A DNA stretch of 57,647 nucleotides, the filler included, from Sphacelaria rigidula (lineage: Eukaryota), in assembly GCA_964200075.2 (NCBI GenBank). It is 7 parts of 7 records of this genome, joined end to end, with 100 filler letters (N's around TTAATTAATTAA, not from the genome) between each part and the next. Parts side by side here need not be neighbours in the genome. Positions count along the whole stretch, not along the records: positions 49,500 to 57,647 come from CAXNAA020012120.1; 6 more parts are not named here. One strand, 5' to 3'. A program made the position numbers and the translations under genes. Of this stretch, positions 49,400 through 57,647 are shown in pieces. A model generated the notes under the pieces. The model searched no databases and was not told the DNA's origin. It saw only the letters and a program-made list of their open reading frames with translations. Position 1 is the stretch's first letter; each line of letters opens with the position of its first letter.

Positions 49400-49499
49400 N
49401 NNNNNNNNNNNNNNNNNNNNNNNNNNNNNNNNNNNNNNNNNNNTTAATTAATTAANNNNNNNNNNNNNNNNNNNNNNNNNNNNNNNNNNNNNNNNNNNN
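49400..49499. other. Artificial contig spacer
   Basis: N44-TTAATTAATTAA-N44. Confidence 0.98.
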
Positions 49500-49500
49500 G

Positions 49501-50021
49501 AATGGCGTGGGCGTGTTCGCCACACAAGACTTGAAGCTCGGAGACGAAGCGATGCCGCTTTATGCTGTAGGTAGCTACGAGGTGTTGACACCCCAGGAGG
49601 TTTTGCACTCGGTTAAGATTCACGGAGTACCGCGGTATACTCTCTGCACCGCTGAGCAATTTCAGGCCCTCTTGGAACCCACGGAGATTGCTCGGGAGCA
49701 CGCAACGCTGTGCCTCAAACCCGATCCGATGTGTTCCTTGTATTACACATGAATTCGTCTATCAGTAAGGCGGGAGCTCAAAACGTCGCCAGACGCTCGT
49801 TGTGGGATGGGAAGTGGTCTAAGCAGGATGTGAAGTCCATGTTGTCTGACTCCGAACATGGCGCAGAGTTCAAGATTTCTCGTGAACTTGAGCAGGGGAA
49901 AGAACTGCTCCACGAGTACTTCATCCCCAAGTACGAGATGGAGGAGGATCCTGCTACCAAACGTACCGCTGTAGCCTCCCCTCGCAGAAGCGCACGTCAG
50001 ACAGGAGGGCCCGCAAAATAG
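49501..50021 (+). pseudogene. SET-domain (lysine methyltransferase-like) gene, 5' end beyond the contig, with a 2-bp frameshift
   Basis: N-terminal NGVGVFATQDLKLGDE (SET GxG motif). Deleting AC at 49747-49748 gives SLYYMNSS..NV (RFINHS..PN equivalent) and FKISRELEQGKELLHEY (RDI..GEEL..Y equivalent). Confidence 0.7.
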
Positions 50022-52397
50022 AGAGTAGCAGGAGAAGACTTGTGTCGTTTGACCACTTTGCTGTTGAGGATACCTTCCCGTTCGGTGGGGTCTATTTCGT
50101 ATTTATTCGGATGGAATGAGTGACGTTCAAGGACCGATACGTGGCAGTACTTCGCCTCAAATGAGAGATACCGTTGTATCTCAATCAATGTGTCGCTGCG
50201 TTTCGTGCAACAAGGCGTGGAAGCATGTGAAATAAATGACGGGGGCGCGTGCTGTGAGATAGTAGCCCATTGACACGCACTTGAACCAAGCACCTTTCTT
50301 ATAGGCTCGAGAAAATCAACACACAAAGGCGGAACAATTCGGAAAAATTCTGCAAAATTTGCACATGAAACACGTGAATGTTGACCGCCGAAGCTCTCGC
50401 CCCAACCCGAATAATGAACGTGCGTGTTTTCACCGCTCCCAATTCTGGGTTATTTGTGACACGAACTGTTTTGCCAAAGAATTAACCACAAAGGAAACTG
50501 GTCCTCCGTTTGAAATACTCACTCTGAATCCGAAACTACACTCTGAATCAGAAACTATGGTGTTAGTTATGATCATCGCCTCCGTGCACGTTTTTGGCTG
50601 GGTTTGGGGGGGGGGCTATCTCGGCAGCAGTCAACAACTAACTGATGAAGTGAAGTTTTTGTTACTGGATGAATTTTCAGCATAATATTTCAATGCGCGG
50701 CCCCATTTTCATTTGTGGGACAAAGTTGAGAAGCAACTGACCACAAATATTACCCAGTACATGACCATTTACTTCATACACATGTACACACCTGACTTTT
50801 GGTTTCCAAAACTAAGATGATAAAGTTGAGATTTGTCAATAGTAAAACCGCGTATAGCAGCTAGCATACACGGGGAGGATATTTTTGCCACCAGATATTC
50901 ACATGTTTGAAAGCAACCTTGTTTGCATTTTTCCAAACGTCGAACGGGTAATCACTCGTCGAAACGAGTGCACTCGTTGATGTTTTTGAACACAAAACGA
51001 GCATGACTCGAGTTCTTGAGGACTTCCAAAAACGACTCAAGAACAGCCGAACCACTGCGAGTGCCACGCGTCATACTCGTTCTCGTCCGAAGTATGTAAA
51101 TCTTCTCGAGGAAGCCTAGTCCGCCAAGATCCATCTTCCGCCAAATATCCGTGATGAATCGCTCTAAAGAGGGCAATTTCCCGGGAGTATTTTTCCGACT
51201 ATAAAGAGCGGCCACACTCGTAAAATTGGGCAGAGCACTCCACTTTTGTGGACACTGTTCGGAACAGGCATCGTACTCAAATTTCCATATTATACCACAT
51301 ACAGGATGCAGTCTTCCGGATACAACTTTCGAACGACGATGATGAAGCACTAAAGCTGTGAAATGATACCATTGACAAATGCCCGTTGTCTTACGAGGTG
51401 GTAGGCCTAGACACGAATTTGTAGTTTTCAGGCCCCGTCTCAGGGCGTGTGTTCGCACATTATATTTCGATCGAAATTGTGGGGTGGAAAGCAAAAATTC
51501 CCATCTGATAGGTCGCAATTTCAACCATCGTCGATGATGTTGAAGATGGTTAAAATTATGACCTGTCAGATAGGGATTTTTGCTTTCCACCTCACTTTTT
51601 CGATCGAAAAAATTATGTGCTAAGACTGTTTGCCAGCCTGTGACCACGGAAGGCGTCCGCATCAGATGCCCAGTACGAATGTACCGCGCGGATATCGGAA
51701 CGGTTTTTAATGCGAAGACAAAAGCAACAATAAGACACGGCCTCACCTCAATTTCGAAAGGTGAACTCTTCAAATTTGGTGCAAGCTGCGCCGCCCAAGA
51801 CGCGACCAGCAATACTGAGACGTGATTTCACCGCTCAATTTTCAGTCGTTCCGAATGAAAACTTAAAACGATGTACAGGACAAGCGAAAGGCACTCTCCG
51901 ACGGTGGTACGAGCAACGCGGTCAAACGTGTCGCTCCCCGACCCCCGCCGTACCCGCCCCAGTGGCAACACCTTACGCCACCGAACACCGATTTCAACAC
52001 GGAACTGGCGTCCTGGGCCCTGCCGGCGGGCGTCTGCTTACGAGCTTGGCAGGAGCTCACATGCCCTCGGGGGCGCGGCTGCCGCCTCCCGGACCACACC
52101 AGCACACATGAAGCCGTCGGAAGCCCTCCCCTCCAGCCGCCAGCGGCGTTACCGATACCTCCACCCGCCCCGACAGCGGCGTCGGCAAAACCACCAGCAC
52201 CAGCAGCACCGGCGACCGCAGCGAGTACAGTGGCGCGTTTTTCCCACAGCTTCCGCGGGAATGGCGGAGCTGGGCGGGGCACCTGAGGGTGCGGGCTCCG
52301 CCAGTCGGCGGGGCCTACCAGTCTGGGAGGAGGAGGAGCACCGGTCACGGACTCAGCGAGGTCGCTGGGTATCGCCCAGGCCCTCCAACCGGGGTCG

Positions 52398-55300
52398 GTG
52401 GCGGCAAGCTTCTTTCACGGTGAGAGCAGAAGTACCAACGCACGTAACAACCCATATGCACGTCACAGCGGTAGACCGCGTAGTTCTATTCCGCAATTCC
52501 CACAACCGAAAAACAATTCCATGACCAACCCCACCAAGACGTACTGTAACAAGCAAAGGCCGGCAGGGTACCCTAGATTGGACAGTAGAGCTCACACGCA
52601 TGAAATACTCGATGAGAAGACCGCCCCGCGCAATGACACGAAAAACAACAATCACACGATCAACGGCCCGCACGATCACCGTAACCGGTCGACATTGAGG
52701 TACAACGGAAAGCACGAACGCGCACAGGTAAGTCATCAACAAGATCATGTAATCCGCCCGTCCATGACTAACGAAAACAATAGTAGTACACGCAGACACC
52801 ACGCCAACACCACTTCGCACATCCCCAGAGACAGGAGACGTGTAGAAGCAGATCCGGCGGTCGGCAGTTACGCACAGGTAACCCTGAACGTCGGTAGATC
52901 AGACAATAACAGAACTCATGCTCCCCGTGAAATTCGGATCACACCCAGTGCAGAGGAAGACCCGGCGTTCGGCAGTTCCGAGGGAACCCTGAACAACGGC
53001 ACGCCCATGTTGACGAGCACAAAGCGTGCAAACTCGATAACCAGTGACTCAAGGGGAGCAAAAGATCATAGAGGTGCAGAAGAAGACCCGTAGTATGGTA
53101 GTTCCGAGGGAACCCTGGACAACGGCATATCCATGTTGACGAGCGCAAAGCGTGCACGAGTTCAAAACAGCACCCGGTGCACTAACGCAAACCCGTTGAC
53201 CAACAGTGACACACAAGTAGCCCCAGACAACGGCTCGCACACGTTGACGAGTGAGAAGCCCGCAGAGAAAAAGAGGAACACCGATAGTAAGGAGATCATC
53301 GGTAGGGGAAATTTCGGGTCGGTGAAAACTTCACCTCCAGTTGGGACCACACGCCACCGAAGCCCAACCGGACACACAGACCACCCAAGCAAAAACCTCA
53401 ATACCCGGTGGAAACAGCAACAGCAAGAACTCTCGAATACACACGTAGACCTAACAGCAATAAAACACATCATCACAGACCTAGCCGCCACCTGCACGAG
53501 CCTCGTCCGACTCAACCACGGAAGAATCGGAGATGTAGCAAAGGGGCTCGGCGGCACTCTGGCGTCACCGCCGATGAGCCTGAGAGACGTCCACGAGTAT
53601 TTCGGAAACCAAAAACACTTCCCTCGGATGCGAGAACTCCTGCACATGACTGAGTACGGAGTCCCAATGAACACATCGTCTAGCGTTCCCGATCTTCGAG
53701 GAGCACTGAAATACGGTAATCACCGCAGTATCGAAGAACACATGCCTCAAGTCTGGGAGAAGTTGATTGAGCATGTACGAAGGAGCAGATGCCTGGTGTT
53801 TGAAAAAGGGGCGGCGCTCGAAATCAGCGGCCTCAAAGTGACCCCCCTTGGGGCAGTAGTAACTAGCAAAGTCAGGATCATCAACGATTTTTCGTTTGAC
53901 CCCAGCGGACCGAAGGGAGAAAAAGGCGGCCTCAACCGGGACACGATTGTGGACGAGGTGCCACAATGCCTAACTACTGAATGAAATCCTGAGGTTACGT
54001 GTCAAGTTTCCGTATGGTAGAACCCTACTGTCAAAGGCGGATGTCTCGAATGCATTCAGAAATGTCAGGATCGCGCCCGACCAGGCGCAAAACTGCTGCT
54101 ACGTGGTAGACGACGTTATAGTAGCAGGGTTTCGGCTCACGTTTGGATGGACGGGGTCCCCCGGCCACTGGGGACTCTTATCACAGGCTGCTGAACATGC
54201 CCACTGCAATACCACAATTCTCAACGCCGTAGTACGTGACGAAGGTAGAGAGATGATGAAACACGCGACCATAGTCGAGCCCTGGGAAGAAGGGACACCT
54301 ACAAAGGTCCCGCCCGACGCTGCTATTCCCCCAGCAACCGGGGGGGATTCCACGACCCCTTTTTCGTTAGTGTGTATGTGGACGACTATATCCTTGCAAG
54401 AGTACAGCACGGCGCGCAAGATAAACCGGCGCTAGTCGCGTCGGCTTCGCTAGCCTCAGATCACATCAGACTGTTTGGTCCCGGAGAGCCGGGTGAGATA
54501 CCCATCCTTGCACCTAACAAACGTACAAACTGGGACACCAGCGTAGATGCGTTGGGATTCACGATCGACACGCACACCATGCGGATAGCGGTCATTCGAG
54601 AAAAGATCGGAGCTATCAAAGAATCGCTGGAGCACGACTGGCCCGCCGACAAGACACACGCGACCGCGCAAGACGAACTGAGCATAGCTGGGAAACTCTG
54701 GAACCTCACGTTCGTTGTAAGACCCGGGAAATACTTCGTATGGCAACTACTACGTCTCACCGATTTACACGTAGCCGCCAAAAAGAAACATAAGGCGAGA
54801 CGAACAGTGAACCTTGGCTGGGAGTTTCGGGAGGATATCGCCTTTTGGAAAAGGGCTATCGCGGAGAAACTGGTGCATCGCGGTGAATCGCTTAGCGCCC
54901 CATTCTTTGCCCACACAAAACGCACCGCATCTCGTAGATACATCTCCGACGCGAGCCTGGCAGCGGTACGCGGGTACTGCCCAGAGCTCGGGCTATTCTG
55001 GCGGTACTCTTTACCCCATGAGCTCACATGCGAACTGAAGAGAAAAGCAAAAAATAGAGAAACCTGCGCGATCACTATCAATCTACTAGAACTGTGTGGA
55101 ATGTTCATGACCGCCTGCGCTATCCAAATGTTTCAGGGCGAAAGGCCCACAGAGAGAGGGGACCCAATCCTGATGCGCGGCGACAACTCGTCGGCTGTAC
55201 ACTGGGTAAATAAATGCGGGGGATCAAAAGACAGACGCGCCGCCCTCTTGATGCGAATGATGGGTCGCATGGAAGTCGCCACCGGGTGGTGTACTATAGC

Positions 55301-55526
55301 GGAACACATACCTGGCGTCGAAGACGAGCTAGCAGACGGCATCTCGAGATGGCCGGAGTCGGAGGTGGCCGAGAGGGTAGCACGGTTGACAGGAAATCTC
55401 AATTGGAAACGGCTAGAGCTAGGAAATCGAGGCAGAGAGATACTCGAATCGATTCTGCAAGAAAGACCCCTGGACCACGGCCTAGATGAACAGATCTGGA
55501 ACATAATGTCCCGACAAGCAGACTGA
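52398..55526 (+). pseudogene. pol: reverse transcriptase and RNase H
   Basis: KVRIINDFS, SKADVSNAFRNV, RLTFGWTGSPG and YVDD for RT. ISDAS, TINLLEL, MRGDNSSAV and HIPGVEDELADGISR for RNase H. In-frame TAG at 53091 and frameshifts near 53975 and 54365. Confidence 0.92.
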
Positions 55527-55537
55527 ACCCGCGCTGA

Positions 55538-56246
55538 ACTCGTGATACTATCGCAGGACAAAAGGGAGGCCCCGCCAGAGACGAGAAGGGCGTTGCGAAG
55601 CTAGTAGAAATACTAGCCCACGCGTCAATTAACGCCAGCACAAGAAGCGGGTACGAGAAAAAGTTCGAAACGTGGTCGGAGTGGAGGACCCGCCGAGAAA
55701 AGTCCGTACATATGTCAAGAACCGACGGCGAGGCTAGCGCGGTCATCGATATCACTGAATTTATTGCGTGGCGGTTTTTTACGCACAAAAACCAGAGAGG
55801 GACAGTGCGGAGGTATTTCCCAGCGATAAGCTTTTACCACAAGATGCATACCGGTTGGGAGTTACATATGAAACACTGTATGATAGTAGCCGTGCTCAAG
55901 GGAGTGGATCGAGCACACGGAAAATCCGAAGTAAGGCCCCGCGTGCGAAAACCGCTGACGCTACCGCTGTTGGTAAAAGGGAGGATGCTAGAGATGGGTA
56001 CGACACAGAGCAATGTCACATGGATAGGCCTAGCCCTATCGTATTTTCTTCTATGCAGGGCCTCTGAATCTGGGCATACAACGACGGCTTGGTACATCCA
56101 GATTTTTGCCTTCGGAGGGGAGACCTCACACTTTTCAGAGAAAACTCCCAACTGATCTGGTCAGACAGGGGCTAGGTCGATATGGTCGAGGTGCGTTTTA
56201 GAGCCTCCAAGGCGGACCAAAAACGGCTAGGGGCGGTGGTATCCGC
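55538..56246 (+). pseudogene. Tyrosine recombinase, N-terminal and first catalytic part
   Basis: STRSGYEKKFETW (N-terminal binding domain), RKPLT, LSYFLLCRASE (catalytic Arg), frameshift near 56068, VRFRASKADQ (catalytic Lys). The HxxR and Tyr motifs are not present. Confidence 0.88.
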
Positions 56247-56398
56247 ATGTGCAAAGACCCCATTTTTGCTCCCCTGCATTTTTTTTCGTGGCTTATCTGC
56301 GATGTAGTTCTACATAAACCTGTTCTGACATGTTCCGTCACCCACAACTCACGGAAAACAAAAACATGTAGGAGAGGGAAGATGGGGTCTTCGCACAT
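56247..56398. mobile_element. ~150-bp MITE at the point where the recombinase ends
   Basis: ATGTGCAAAGACCCCATTTT vs AAGATGGGGTCTTCGCACAT (18/20 inverted match). Confidence 0.65.
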
Positions 56399-57647
56399 AC
56401 GAGAACGCCCATACCTCTCCAAAACAAAACAAAAAACTGAAGGCATACCTTTGCCATTGATGATTGATTCGATCGACTTGATCATCGCACTTCAACTGAC
56501 CCCCCAGGGGTTCAGCCGTGGTCGCATGATACACGTACCCGAGAAAAGCAAAACTGAAACACTTGCTAAAGAAAAGAAGGAACAACAAAAAGTCGAACAG
56601 AACGACATAGTAGACTAAGGCGTAAAAATAAATACATAAATAAAAATAACAATAAAAAAAATGACAACAAAGGCGGCGGCACAGAAAGAGATGGCCGACC
56701 TGAAACAAAGAAAAGGAAAATAAGAGGAAAGGCATGGGCAGAAAAGAAAAAAAAGAAAAAAGGGTAAATCCCAATGGATTCAGGGCGGCAGAGTAGATAC
56801 AGACACACACCAGTGGGCAACGCAGAGCCACCGACTATGGACATCACCAACAACCGATATGATGAGTAGACAGGATTCTTCGATTAACAGCGGATCCTAG
56901 AAAATGGGGTTGATCTCTAAAATGGGGTTAAAGTGGTATTTCTCTCTTACAGGGAAGACGCGAAAAACTTGCGACCGAGCGAAGCCATCTTCCCCCCCCC
57001 AAATGTCCGCAGCAGTTGAGCAGCTGTGGCTAGGTGCACGTAACGAATGCGGTGTACACACGTGTCGATGGCGATATCTCCAGAGAAAGAAGCAACGGCA
57101 GAGAGGAAGCTCCTCGCCCGTGCCCTTTGTGTGTCCCCGCTCGGCGACTACCAAACTCTGGAGAGATTGGCATCATTGATCTCACCAGCATGTGCCGAAA
57201 TTTTCATGTGCCAGAGCATCGACGTGCGGAGAGATTCCGTCGTCTCTTCTTGCCTGTCGCCAACGCGAAGATCGATTTCTGTCTGCCTCTCCTTTCGGAC
57301 AGGACGCGCCTCTGTGCGCTGAAAAACATGTCGTTGAAGTAATAAGGCAATATTCCCGTCACCGCTACTACTCTTCTCTGTCACGCACATGCCAGGAAGG
57401 ACGGTGCTGCGGCAATAACAGATATATCCAATTTGAACTTAAGGGGTGTTATTCATCGTTAATTTTCGCCGACCTCCCCCGACGGGGTGCCCGAGCAGGA
57501 GGGCATGTCACACGCCAGTTGAGGGGGGTGTATGAGAGATCAAACACTTGTAGAGATCGTTTTGACATGCGGAGTGAAAAACGATACCTATGGTGGTGAC
57601 CTAACTGTTGCTAGCGTGGCGCATAGGCGTCAGCCCATGCCGCAACC

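Larger units (their letters stand above)
51885..56246 (+). mobile_element. Pseudogenised tyrosine-recombinase retrotransposon (DIRS/Ngaro-like), truncated at both ends
   Basis: Order is Pro/Ala-rich ORF1 remnant, RT, RNase H, then tyrosine recombinase. No protease or DDE integrase. Terminal repeats were not recovered. Confidence 0.9.

Noticed and set aside
54461..55561. Minus-strand ORFs within the YR retrotransposon
   Set aside because: Antisense shadows of RT/RNase H
49501..56246. SET gene as cargo of the YR retrotransposon (a linked system)
   Set aside because: They are separated by ~1.9 kb that includes another repeat terminus, and no shared terminal repeats enclose both. Adjacency alone is insufficient.
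56399..56620. Continuation of the tyrosine recombinase after the MITE
   Set aside because: I could not recover the HxxR or catalytic Tyr motifs in any frame.

Overview
This is eukaryotic DNA and not one contiguous locus. It is seven unrelated contigs of 8151, 8151, 8150, 8149, 8149, 8149 and 8148 bp, sorted by length and joined by identical 100-bp N44-TTAATTAATTAA-N44 spacers. Short GT-AG exons, microsatellites, tRNA-derived SINEs and the transposon content best fit a repeat-rich stramenopile such as a brown alga (inference). Most of the window is transposable-element debris. It includes a pseudogenised tyrosine-recombinase retrotransposon (DIRS/Ngaro type; RT, RNase H, YR), a nest of degenerate Ty3/Gypsy LTR elements with a recognisable aspartic protease, several non-autonomous DNA transposons with clean TIR/TSD signatures (hAT, piggyBac and one unassigned 4-bp-TSD MITE), a roughly 7.3-kb segment bounded by roughly 660-bp inverted repeats, and minisatellites. 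Host-like coding sequence is limited to one RTEL1/FANCJ-type helicase exon, a probable terminal exon of a coiled-coil protein, and an apparently intronless SET-domain gene broken by a 2-bp frameshift. I found no CRISPR array, rRNA, true tRNA or prokaryotic operon, and no firm evidence of a wholly new biological system. The best leads are the SET-domain locus, the hidden ORF restored by removing a MITE, and the long inverted-repeat structures.
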